64,000 nucleotides of DNA from an uncultured Pseudomonadota bacterium (lineage in GTDB: Bacteria > Pseudomonadota > Alphaproteobacteria > JACZXZ01). Position numbers and translations under genes: made by a program. The notes beneath the pieces were generated by a model. The model did no database searches and was not told the origin of the DNA. It saw nothing but the letters and a program-made list of their open reading frames with translations. Of this stretch, positions 8,500 through 17,543 are shown piece by piece. Every line of letters starts with the position of its first letter. Positions within the stretch are counted from its first letter, which is position 1. Where the stretch lies: positions 768,001-832,000 of the forward strand of contig CAVVLJ010000020.1 of the NCBI GenBank assembly GCA_963749075.1, given 5' to 3'.

Positions 8500-11046
8500 A
8501 TGATGAGAGAGGCGCTACCCGGTTGGGCCGCAGCAATGGGCCGGCTCGTCAGGTACGGCGTGCGGCGCAAGGAGGATCTCGCGGCGGTCCTGCTGATGTT
8601 TGCCGCTCCGCTATGGCTCTACCGGGACCATGTGCTCGGCAGCGGCACCTGGATCGGCAATGCCGACCGCCTCAACAGCAATCTGAAGATACTGCTCCAT
8701 TACGTCGAGGGGATTGCGGGCAGCGGGATCAGCGCATGGAATGACACCGAGATGATGGGCTACGACAGCTTCTCGCTGCCGACCATCTTCCCGGGGCCCA
8801 CGGCGTGGCTCGCGGCCGCCTTCGGCGTCAGGCATTTCTATGTGGTGATGGGCTTCGTCTCGATGGCGCTCTTGGGTGCCGCGGGCACGGCCGCCTACGT
8901 CTTCATCCGCTCCCGCGTCCCGGCGGGTGCCGCGGCGCTGGCGGGAGCGCTCTGCTACGAGTTCGCCGCGCTGACGGTGCTCAAGCTCAACCAGGAAGTG
9001 GGAAATTTCGCGACCTTCATCGCCATTCCCTTGATCGTCCTGACCACCGTGCAGATCCGCGCCGGCAGGGAGCGGCGATGCTTTGCGGCGCTGGCGCTGC
9101 TTTGGGCGGCTCTCCTCCAGCTCATGTTCCTCCAGGACGTGGCCTACGTGCTGTTGCTCGCTGGCGCCCTCGCGCTGTGGCGGAGTGCGGTCGCGCGCGA
9201 CTGGCGGCCGCTTGCCGTCTCCGCCGCGGCGCTCCTGCCGGCAGTGGTCTTCGCGGCTCCGCGCCTCGTCGGCGTCGCCATCATCATGACGCAATACGTG
9301 CGGCGCGAGCCGGCCATCGACCTCTCGAGCTTCGAGGCCGTCTATCGCTTCCAGGGCATCCGGCCGTTCGAGTTGCTGCGCTGGTTCGACGGGACGATTT
9401 TCGGCACAGGGATGGCGGACGCGGCCCGCATCGGAGACCCCCTCAATCTGACCGAAGGATTCCTGCTTTCGACCAGCTCGATCGTCCCCTTCCTCATCGC
9501 CTGGGGCGTTCTTCGCTATCGCCGGCGTTGGCTGTGGCTGCCGCGCACGGCCGAGGCGGACGCGGCGTTCTTCTTCTGGACCACGGCGGCGACGTTCGGC
9601 GTCATCGGAATCAAGCCGCTGCTCCGTCTCGTCTATCTGCTTTTCCTGCGGATCGATTTTATGCACGCCCGCATCATCATCGCCGGGCTCCTCCCCCTCG
9701 TTTCCTTGATTGCCATGGTGCTCGAGGATCTGCGGCCGGCCGTACGGTGGTCCGCGCTCCGGCCCGTGCAGCGCGCGGCCACCGCGGCCAGCGGGGCGAT
9801 CGTGGGCGTGCTGATCGCAGTGACTATCGAGCGGATCGCGGCACATGCGGGCGGCACCGTGGCGTTCACCGGATTGCCGGTCATGCGCGTGGACGCCTTG
9901 GTGCGCGTCGGGCTCTCGGCCGCGGCGTTCGTGCTGCTCCTCGCGGCGTTGTCGATCAGCTGGCGCGCGAGCGAGATTCGGCCTGCGTTGCACGCGGCGC
10001 TCTGCGTCGCGATCGGCGTGCAGGTGCTGGCCGCAGCGAATGTGCAGGTCAACGGGCCGGCCACCCGGACGCTCGACCATCCATTCTACCATGGCGACAT
10101 GTACATGGCGCGGCGTGGAGAGTTCACGCCGCCGAGCGCCGGCGAGGCAGCGGCTCTCCGCGCCCGCATCGACAACGCGGACTACCGCGTCTTGCTTATC
10201 TGCAGAACCGAAATCGTCGGCGGGTTCTGCGCCGGGCATATCCCGCAGTTCTGGGACATCCGCGCGATCGACGGCTATTACGGGGTCGGCGTTCCGAAGC
10301 GGCTGGCGGCATTGCCCTGGACGGCCGGCCTCGGCTTGCGCACGATCAGCTTCATCAATGCCGCGACCGTGCCGTGGCCGCTCCTCGGTCTACTCAACGT
10401 GAAGCACCTGCTCCATGGCGGCGACGATCTCTTCCGCAATGTCGCCGATCCGCGGGCCGCAATACTGACGCCGGCCGACCCCGAGCGCATCGCGGTCACG
10501 GAGAACCCGGCAGCCGTAACGCCGCGGGCGTTCTTCGCCGCCGCCGCCGAGCCCGCGAGCTCGCTGCAAGATGACATCGATAAGCTTTTCGTGAACGGAG
10601 CTCCGCGCGACGTGACGGCGCTTTCCGTCGTCGAGGGCCTGCACTGCCCGTGTTCCTTTCCTGGCGGCGGCCGCGTGGCCCTCAGCGGGGAAGGCGACCG
10701 GCTGAGCGCGTCGTTCGCGGCCTCGGACCGCGCGCGCCTTCTCGTCCTGAACGAGCTCTATTTCCCCGGCTGGCACGCCTACGTCGACGGGCGCGAGGTG
10801 CCGATCCTGCCGACCAATGCCGTCATGCGCGGCGTCATCGTGCCGGCGGGCGCCACGGCGGTGACGATGGCCTATGTGCCCTTCGTGCTCAGCCTATGGG
10901 GACACGTCCTCAGGGCCGTCGGCGTTCTTCTCTTCCTCGCGTTCCTCTTTGCCTGGCGCAGGTCGGGGCGGCGCCCCCGCGCGCAAGGGATGCCGCCCGC
11001 CGGGCGTGGCGGCTCCCAAGGCATGGGCGCTGGCCGAGGATCGTGA
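8500..11046 (+). CDS. YfhO-family / GT-C-like polytopic membrane glycosyltransferase
   Basis: Acidic first loop (GNADRL...WNDTEMMG), more than 10 TM helices, LLGLLNVKHL, and C-terminal LVLNELYFPGWHAYVDG...MRGVIVPAG typical of YfhO. Confidence 0.8.
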   Translation: MMREALPGWAAAMGRLVRYGVRRKEDLAAVLLMFAAPLWLYRDHVLGSGTWIGNADRLNSNLKILLHYVEGIAGSGISAWNDTEMMGYDSFSLPTIFPGPTAWLAAAFGVRHFYVVMGFVSMALLGAAGTAAYVFIRSRVPAGAAALAGALCYEFAALTVLKLNQEVGNFATFIAIPLIVLTTVQIRAGRERRCFAALALLWAALLQLMFLQDVAYVLLLAGALALWRSAVARDWRPLAVSAAALLPAVVFAAPRLVGVAIIMTQYVRREPAIDLSSFEAVYRFQGIRPFELLRWFDGTIFGTGMADAARIGDPLNLTEGFLLSTSSIVPFLIAWGVLRYRRRWLWLPRTAEADAAFFFWTTAATFGVIGIKPLLRLVYLLFLRIDFMHARIIIAGLLPLVSLIAMVLEDLRPAVRWSALRPVQRAATAASGAIVGVLIAVTIERIAAHAGGTVAFTGLPVMRVDALVRVGLSAAAFVLLLAALSISWRASEIRPALHAALCVAIGVQVLAAANVQVNGPATRTLDHPFYHGDMYMARRGEFTPPSAGEAAALRARIDNADYRVLLICRTEIVGGFCAGHIPQFWDIRAIDGYYGVGVPKRLAALPWTAGLGLRTISFINAATVPWPLLGLLNVKHLLHGGDDLFRNVADPRAAILTPADPERIAVTENPAAVTPRAFFAAAAEPASSLQDDIDKLFVNGAPRDVTALSVVEGLHCPCSFPGGGRVALSGEGDRLSASFAASDRARLLVLNELYFPGWHAYVDGREVPILPTNAVMRGVIVPAGATAVTMAYVPFVLSLWGHVLRAVGVLLFLAFLFAWRRSGRRPRAQGMPPAGRGGSQGMGAGRGS

Positions 11047-11181
11047 GCGGCGAGACCCCACCCGTCATGGGCGAGCCGCTGCCGGCGGCCCGGATTGATT
11101 CGCGGGGTCGAGCGTCTATATTCGTCGCTCCCGCCCGACCCCACCGGCGTCGGCCCATTCGTCTCCCTCGAGGACACCTGC

Positions 11182-11979
11182 TTGCTCCGTAAGTGGCTCT
11201 ACAGCATCTCAGGCGTCGTGCAATGGCATCCGTTGACGTGGCGCATCGCCTGGGCGATGGTGAACCGGCTCTCCGTGCTGCCGGCCCACGACCCGACCTA
11301 TTACGCGCTTCGCCATTTCTGCGTGAAGGAGGACGGGCTGTTCCTCGACGTCGGCGCCAACAGCGGCGTCTCCGCCCGTTCCTTTCGCAAGATGAATCAA
11401 CGCTACCGGATTCTCTCCATCGAGCCCAACCGGATGCACGCCGGCTCGCTCGAGCGGCTGAAGCGGACAACGTCCGGCTTCGATTACCTTCTGCAGGGTG
11501 CCGGCGCCGAGGCGGCGCAGCTCGAGCTCTACACGCCCTTTTACGGGCGAATAGCGCTTCACACCTGCGCCGCCCTCGGCGAGACTCGGGTGCGCGAGAC
11601 GGTGCGCCAGTTCTTCGGCGGGCGCGTCGCCGATCGCATCACGGTCAAGCGGCAGATCGTGCAGATCCTGCCGATCGACGCGCTCGGCCTCTCGCCCGAT
11701 ATCATCAAGATCGACGTTCGAGGGATTCGAATTGAGCGTGCTTGCCGGCGCACGAGAGACGATCCGCCGCGCGCGGCCCTTCCTCATGCTCGAGGCATGT
11801 TTCGGTCAATACGCGGGGTTCGTTGCGTGGTCCGCTGAGGCTGGCTTCGATCTCCTCGATTACCTTCCCGCCGAGGACCGCTTTGCGCCGGTGGGAAGAT
11901 TCTCTCCGTCGAGGAGGAGGGAGCAAAGAATGTCTTCGCGATCCCGCACGAGAAGCGTCACCTGATCCCGATCCGTTGA
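11182..11979 (+). CDS. FkbM-family methyltransferase (frameshifted near 11717 and probably again near 11895-11930)
   Basis: FLDVGANSG, SIEPN, IIKIDV followed in another frame by EGFELSVLAG. The C-terminal KNVFAIP is in a third frame. GAGGA precedes TTG 11182. Confidence 0.8.
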
Positions 11980-12013
11980 GGCCGCGACCGCACGACGGCG
12001 GCCTCCATTCACA

Positions 12014-12042
12014 TTGCAAGAGCCCGGAATGCCCGTTATGGA
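12014..12042 (+). promoter_or_regulatory. Putative promoter of YfhO-like copy A
   Basis: TTGCAA-N17-TATGGA, conserved at the same spacing in the duplicated leader at 15008-15036. Confidence 0.5.
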
Positions 12043-12227
12043 CATCTCAGCGGCCAATTCGCAGGGTCACGCCGCGGCCGTTCATGGCTCGGCATGCGGC
12101 TCCGCCGCCGCGGAATCTCCTCCGGGGGTAACATCGTTGGCGATTTGCTGGGTCATGCGGCGGCGGAGGGCGGGATTGCCGTGGCCGGCTCGGAGCGCGA
12201 GCGCTTCCCCGGCGAGGCGGTCGAAGC

Positions 12228-14552
12228 ATGGCGGCTAGCCATGCGCGGAAGAGCGCGAGGCCGGCCGCGACGGGCGCGTCGGACCTCGCTTACCACCTGC
12301 GCTGGGCGCTCTTGGGCGCCGTGCTGTGCAGCTTCGAGTCCTGGGCCTTCGGCCCGTTCTCGTGGATGTACGGCTACGGCAGCGGCGTCTGCGGGATCCC
12401 AGAGATGCTCGCGCTCTCGGAACCGCACCGCAATTTCTCGCTTTGGCAGCCTTTCGACCTCGGGGGACTCGATCGCCTCGCATTCTGGGGCAATGCCGAT
12501 CCAGTCGAATTCGAGATGTTGCTGTTCCGCACGCTTCCAACGTGGCTGGCGAACGGCCTGCACAGGTTCCTGCAATATTTCGTGGCGATTTTCTTCGCCG
12601 CCCGCGTGGCCGAGGAGCAGATCGGCCTCGACCGCCGCTGGAGCGCGCTTGCGGGGTGGTTGTTCGCCTGCTTCTCCTATCTGACGGTAAGTGCCCTTCT
12701 TACGCTCCCCGGCGTGCCGCTGGTCCTTTGGCTGCTCCAGCGTACCGTGGAGGTGCGGTGTCCCTGGTGGATGGCGGCGCTTGCCGGCCTCCTTGTCTCG
12801 CTCTGCACGACTTTCACCTTCGGCGTTCCCTATCTCCTGTTCTTCGCGGTGCTGTGGCTGGCGATCGTGCGGGGCGTGAGGGGCTGGCGCGCGATATGGC
12901 AATTCGCCGTCTTCGCCTTGGTCCTCATGGCCGTCAAATCGCCGCAGCTCCTGGCCGCGGCGGCCAATGCGCCGTTCTCCCACCGCGCCGGCTGGCAGCT
13001 CGAGCCCTTCCGATGGACGTTCGACCGGCTGTTCTATTGGCAGCCCCAGTTCGATCTCTTCGCCCAGGACAAGAACATCTGGCCGGTCACCGAGTGGCTT
13101 CCGCCGTACGGCTTCGCCGCCGGCCTCGGCATGGTCCTGCTCTGGCGCCTGCGCGGCCCCCGGGAGGCGGCTCCGTTCGTAGCTCCCTTCCTGCGCGTGG
13201 CGGGCATCTATGCGCTCCTCTCCCAGAAGTGGCTGTTTCTCGGCGTGCAGACGCTCATTGCCACGGTATTTCCCTGGGTGCGCGGTTTCTCCATGGGGCG
13301 GTTCTGGGAAATCCCGGAAGCCTTCCTGGTCTCGCTCGGCCTGACGCTCTGCGGCCGGCTCGCGTGGAGCGTCGTCCTCACCACGCCTCCCCGGCGCGCC
13401 GTGGCCGCTGCCGCGACCGTCGGCTTCATCGCCTTCATGATTGTCGAGCCCAAGATCTTCCTCTTCTATCCGCTCGGGGTGGACGATTGGGGGGAGCGCA
13501 ACTTCCAGGTTGCCAGCGTGGATGCGCTCAAGCGCGACGACACGAGCCTCTATCGCGTGGCGAGCGTCCTGCCGCTGCAACCGGCCTATGCCTATGCCCA
13601 AGGCCTCGAGGCGGCGGACGGCTGGGCCAATCTCTATCCGCTGGTCTACCGCGAGCTGTGGCTGCGCGTGCTCGCGCCGCTCTTCAAGGAGCTGCCGCCG
13701 ACGCGCAAGGTCTTCGGCGTCGACACGGGCCGCACCGAGGATAACTTCATCTTTCTCGGGGTGGGCCTGATCCATCCGGTGTTCGGGTACGGCCAATTGC
13801 CGGGCGAAGACGCGTGGCAGGCGCTGCGCAGCGGCTTCGACCTCGATCGCCGTTTCAACCTCGATCTGCTGCGCATGCTCAACGTCGAATACCTGCTCTC
13901 GGAATACCCCTTGCGGGGAACCGGTGTCGACCTGGTGCATGCCCCGGCAAAATGGCCCGATTGGCCTCGCCCGCGGGACCGCAACACCGGCTGGGCCATG
14001 CCGCCCCGCGAGCCCTCGACGCTCGCCCTCGGTGCCATCACGCCTTTAGTGCAGCCTTTTTGGGACCTTGCCCAAGCTTGGAAACGCCGCGCCAAGGGCA
14101 AGGACGTGTTCATCTACCGGCTGGCCGGAGCACTCCCCCGCTTCCGTCTCGTGAGCCGGGTGGAAGTCGAGCCGAACGGCCCCGCAGCCCTCGATCGGCT
14201 ATCCGCCATGTCGCTTGCGGAGCTGGGCAGCACCGCCGTCCTCGAGGGTGCGGACGGGACAGGGCTCGCCCGCCGCGACGGGTTTGCTAAGGGCACGGTG
14301 ACCCCCGTGCGCATCATGCCGGATACGATCGACCTCGATGTCGCACTCGGCGGCCCGGGTTTTCTCGTCGTCGCGATGACGTGGAACCCCTACTGGACGG
14401 CGCTGGTCGACGGAGAGCCGCGGCCGCTCTTGCGGGCGAACCATGCGCAATATGGTCTGGCGCTTCCCGCAGGCGCCCGGCACGTGCGCCTCGCCTATGT
14501 CCCGCCCTATTCGGTGACGTACCTTCTCGGCCGGATCGCTGCGCATCGATAA
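12228..14552 (+). CDS. YfhO/GT-C-like membrane protein, tandem copy A
   Basis: 774 aa, many TM helices, LLRMLNVEYLLS, C-terminal TWNPYWTALVDG...LALPAGARHVRLAYVP. Highly similar to 15225-17543. Confidence 0.85.
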   Translation: MAASHARKSARPAATGASDLAYHLRWALLGAVLCSFESWAFGPFSWMYGYGSGVCGIPEMLALSEPHRNFSLWQPFDLGGLDRLAFWGNADPVEFEMLLFRTLPTWLANGLHRFLQYFVAIFFAARVAEEQIGLDRRWSALAGWLFACFSYLTVSALLTLPGVPLVLWLLQRTVEVRCPWWMAALAGLLVSLCTTFTFGVPYLLFFAVLWLAIVRGVRGWRAIWQFAVFALVLMAVKSPQLLAAAANAPFSHRAGWQLEPFRWTFDRLFYWQPQFDLFAQDKNIWPVTEWLPPYGFAAGLGMVLLWRLRGPREAAPFVAPFLRVAGIYALLSQKWLFLGVQTLIATVFPWVRGFSMGRFWEIPEAFLVSLGLTLCGRLAWSVVLTTPPRRAVAAAATVGFIAFMIVEPKIFLFYPLGVDDWGERNFQVASVDALKRDDTSLYRVASVLPLQPAYAYAQGLEAADGWANLYPLVYRELWLRVLAPLFKELPPTRKVFGVDTGRTEDNFIFLGVGLIHPVFGYGQLPGEDAWQALRSGFDLDRRFNLDLLRMLNVEYLLSEYPLRGTGVDLVHAPAKWPDWPRPRDRNTGWAMPPREPSTLALGAITPLVQPFWDLAQAWKRRAKGKDVFIYRLAGALPRFRLVSRVEVEPNGPAALDRLSAMSLAELGSTAVLEGADGTGLARRDGFAKGTVTPVRIMPDTIDLDVALGGPGFLVVAMTWNPYWTALVDGEPRPLLRANHAQYGLALPAGARHVRLAYVPPYSVTYLLGRIAAHR

Positions 14553-14985
14553 GCGGGCGGGGCAATTCCACATCTGCCGCAGACGGGAGGGGCTCCATGG
14601 GAGCGGCGGGCGGAGCGCTCTCAACGCGCGCTCCTCTTCTCGGGCGGAGCGCTTGCAATCCCCTTGGCGGTCGTGGCTGTTCTCGGACTCCCGGTCATCC
14701 CGCTCCTCAATGCGGCGCTGGGCCAAGTGCCGCTCGACTCGATCGCCACCGTGACGAAAAGCGCCTATGCCGAGATGTTCGGAGAAAATCGGGCGGGCAT
14801 CGCGAGCAGGCTCACGAGCGCAGCGCCGTTCGGCCTTTTGGAGACGATCCTCTCCGTCCACTTGGTTCCCGGCTGGATCGTGAATATCAAGTGGACGGCC
14901 AATCTGCCCATGCAGTGGTTCTTCCAATGGGGTTCTTCCAATGGGGTTCTTCCAATGGGGTTCTTCCAATGGACGGTGCGCGAGC
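14549..14985 (+). pseudogene. Internally deleted, truncated remnant of the gene at 17540-19531
   Basis: Matches 17540-~17612 and then ~18280-18600 (YAEMFGENR...LTSAAPFGLLETILSVH...WFFQWT). The start ATG has become ATA. Confidence 0.85.
14917..14972 (+). repeat. Perfect tandem repeat 4 x GGTTCTTCCAATGG (14 bp)
   Basis: Read directly. The intact paralog has a single copy near 18573-18586. Confidence 0.95.
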
Positions 14986-15007
14986 GGCGGCGGCGGCGTC
15001 CATTCGC

Positions 15008-15036
15008 GTGCAAGAAGCCGGAATGCCCGTTATGGA
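15008..15036 (+). promoter_or_regulatory. Putative promoter of YfhO-like copy A'
   Basis: GTGCAA-N17-TATGGA, homologous to 12014-12042. Confidence 0.45.
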
Positions 15037-15224
15037 CATTTCGCCGGTCAATTCGTAAGGTCACGCGGCGGCCGCTCATGGCATAGCGCACCGTTTCGCC
15101 GCCGTGGGATGTCCTCCGGGGGTAACATCATTGGCCATTGGCTGGGTCATGGGTTGGGGGCGGCGCGCCGGACTGCCTTGGGCCACTTCGAGTGCGAGCG
15201 CTTCCCCGGCGGGGCGGCCAAAGC

Positions 15225-17543
15225 ATGGCCGCTAGCCATGCCTGGAAGAGCGTGAGGGTGGCTGCGACGGACGCGTCGGACGTTGTTTATCATTTGCGCT
15301 GGGCGCTCTTGGGCGCCGTGCTGTGCAGCTTCGAATCCTGGGCCTTCGGCCCGTTCTCGTGGATGTACGGCTACGGCGCCGGCCTCGAGTCGATCCCGGT
15401 GCAGCTTGCGCTCTCCGAGCCTCAGCGCAACTTCGCACTCTGGGAGACCTTCGATCTCGGCGGGCTCGACCGCCTCGCCTTCTTGGGCAATGCCGATCCG
15501 GTCCAATTCGAGATGCTGCTCTTCTCCACGCTCCCGCCCTGGCTGGCGAACGGCCTGCACAGGTTCCTGCAATATTTCGCGGCGATTTTCTTTGCCGCCC
15601 GCGTGGCCGAGGAGCAGATCGGCCTCGACCGCCGCTGGAGCACGCTCGCGGGCTGGCTCTTCGCCTGCCTCTCCTATTTTACGTTCGGGCAGCTTCTGAC
15701 GCTCCCCGGCGTGCCGCTCGTCCTCTGGCTGCTCCAACGCACGGTCGAGGCGCGGCGCCGCTGGTGGATGCCCGTGCTCGCCGGCGTGCTCGTATCGCTC
15801 TGCACGACTTTCACGTTCGGCGTTCCCTATCTTCTGGTCTTCGCCGTGCTGTGGCTGGCGATCGTGCGCGGGGTGAGGGGCTGGCGCGCGATAGCGCAAT
15901 TCACGGTCTTTGCCGCTGTCCTCATGGCCGTCAAGTCGCCGCAGCTCCTGGCCGCGGCGGCCAATGCGCCGTTTTCCCACCGCGCCGGCTGGCAGCTCGA
16001 GCCCTTCCAATGGTCGTTCGACCGTCTGTTTTATTGGCAGCCCCAATTCGATCTCTTCGACCAGGACAAGAGCATCCGGCCGGTCACCATGCTCTTGCCG
16101 CCGCTCGGCCTCGCCGTGGGTCTCGCCATGGTACTGCTCTGGCGCCTCAGCCGCCCGCGGGAGGCGGCTCCGTTTGTCGCTCCGTTCTTGCGCGTGACCG
16201 GCATCTATGCGCTCCTCTCGCAGAAGTGGCTGTGGCTCGGCGCGCAGGTGCTCATTGCGGCGGTGTTTCCCTGGGTGCGCGGCTTTTCCATGGGGCGGTT
16301 CTGGGAAATCCCGGAAGCCTTCCTGGTCTCGCTCGGCCTGACGCTCTGCGGCCGGCTCGCGTGGAGCGTCGTCCTCACCACGCCTCCCCGGCGCGCCATG
16401 GCCGCAACCGCGGCGGTCGGCTTCGTCGCCTTTATGATCATCGAGCCCAAAATCTTCCTCTTCTATCCGCTCGGCGTCGACGATTGGGGCGAGCGCAACT
16501 ACCAGGCCGCCGGCGTCGAGGCGCTGAAGCGAGAGGACACGAGCCTCTATCGCGTAGCGAGCGTCCTGCCGCTGCAACCGGCCTATGCCTATGCACAAGG
16601 CCTCGAGGCGGCGGACGGCTGGGCCAATCTCTATCCGCTCGTCTATCGTGAGTTGTGGCTGCGCGTGCTTGCCCCGCTGTTCAAGGAGCTGCCGCAAACG
16701 CGCAAGGTCTTCGGCGTCGACACCGGCCGCGCCGAGGATAACTTCCTCTTCCTCGGGGCGGGCCTGATCCAGCCGGGTGTCGGCCTGCTGCCGGACGAGG
16801 ACGTGTGGCAGGCGTTGCGCCGCGGCTTCGACCTCGACCGCCGTTTCAACCTCGACCTCTTGCGCATGCTCAACGTCAAATACCTGCTCTCGGAATATCC
16901 GTTGCGGGGGACCGGCGTCACCTTGGTGCATGCCCCGGCGAAATGGCCCGATTGGCCGCGCCCGCGCGACCGCAACACCGGCATCGCCTTGCCGCCGCGC
17001 CAGCCTTCGCTCGCCGACTTCGGCGCCGCGGCCCCGTTTGCGCAGCCGTTCTGGGACCTTGCCGAGGCGTGGAAGCGCCGGGCGGCGGGCAAGGATGTGT
17101 TCATCTACGCGCTCGACCGCGCACTGCCGCGCTTCCGTCTCGTCGATCGCGTGGAAGTCGAGCCGGACGGAACCGCAGCCCTCGATCGGCTATCCGCCAT
17201 GTCGCTTGCGGAGCTGCGCAGCACCGCCGTCCTCGAGGGTGCGGACGGGGCCGGGCTCGCCCGCCGCGATGGGTTTGCTAAGGGCACGGCGACCCCCGTG
17301 CGCATCATGCCGGATACGATCGACCTCGATGTCACACTCGACGGCCCGGGCTTTCTCGTCGTCGCGATGACGTGGAACCCCTACTGGACGGCGCTGGTCG
17401 ACGGAGAGCCGCGGCCGCTCTTGCGGGCGAACCATGCGCAATATGGTCTGGCGCTTCCCGCAGGCGCCCGGCACGTTCGCCTCGCCTATGTCCCGCCCTA
17501 TTCGGTGACGTACCTTCGCGGCCGGCTCGCGGCAAATCGATGA
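15225..17543 (+). CDS. YfhO/GT-C-like membrane protein, tandem copy A'
   Basis: Start MAASHA at 15225 aligns with copy A, and the motifs are the same. Confidence 0.85.
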   Translation: MAASHAWKSVRVAATDASDVVYHLRWALLGAVLCSFESWAFGPFSWMYGYGAGLESIPVQLALSEPQRNFALWETFDLGGLDRLAFLGNADPVQFEMLLFSTLPPWLANGLHRFLQYFAAIFFAARVAEEQIGLDRRWSTLAGWLFACLSYFTFGQLLTLPGVPLVLWLLQRTVEARRRWWMPVLAGVLVSLCTTFTFGVPYLLVFAVLWLAIVRGVRGWRAIAQFTVFAAVLMAVKSPQLLAAAANAPFSHRAGWQLEPFQWSFDRLFYWQPQFDLFDQDKSIRPVTMLLPPLGLAVGLAMVLLWRLSRPREAAPFVAPFLRVTGIYALLSQKWLWLGAQVLIAAVFPWVRGFSMGRFWEIPEAFLVSLGLTLCGRLAWSVVLTTPPRRAMAATAAVGFVAFMIIEPKIFLFYPLGVDDWGERNYQAAGVEALKREDTSLYRVASVLPLQPAYAYAQGLEAADGWANLYPLVYRELWLRVLAPLFKELPQTRKVFGVDTGRAEDNFLFLGAGLIQPGVGLLPDEDVWQALRRGFDLDRRFNLDLLRMLNVKYLLSEYPLRGTGVTLVHAPAKWPDWPRPRDRNTGIALPPRQPSLADFGAAAPFAQPFWDLAEAWKRRAAGKDVFIYALDRALPRFRLVDRVEVEPDGTAALDRLSAMSLAELRSTAVLEGADGAGLARRDGFAKGTATPVRIMPDTIDLDVTLDGPGFLVVAMTWNPYWTALVDGEPRPLLRANHAQYGLALPAGARHVRLAYVPPYSVTYLRGRLAANR

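Noticed and set aside
14917-14972. Possible CRISPR array
   Set aside because: The 14-bp units are head-to-tail with no spacers, derive from coding sequence, and no cas genes are present.
12228-17543. Diversity-generating retroelement behind the variable patches
   Set aside because: No reverse transcriptase is in the window, both copies are full-length genes, and the differences did not appear restricted to adenines.
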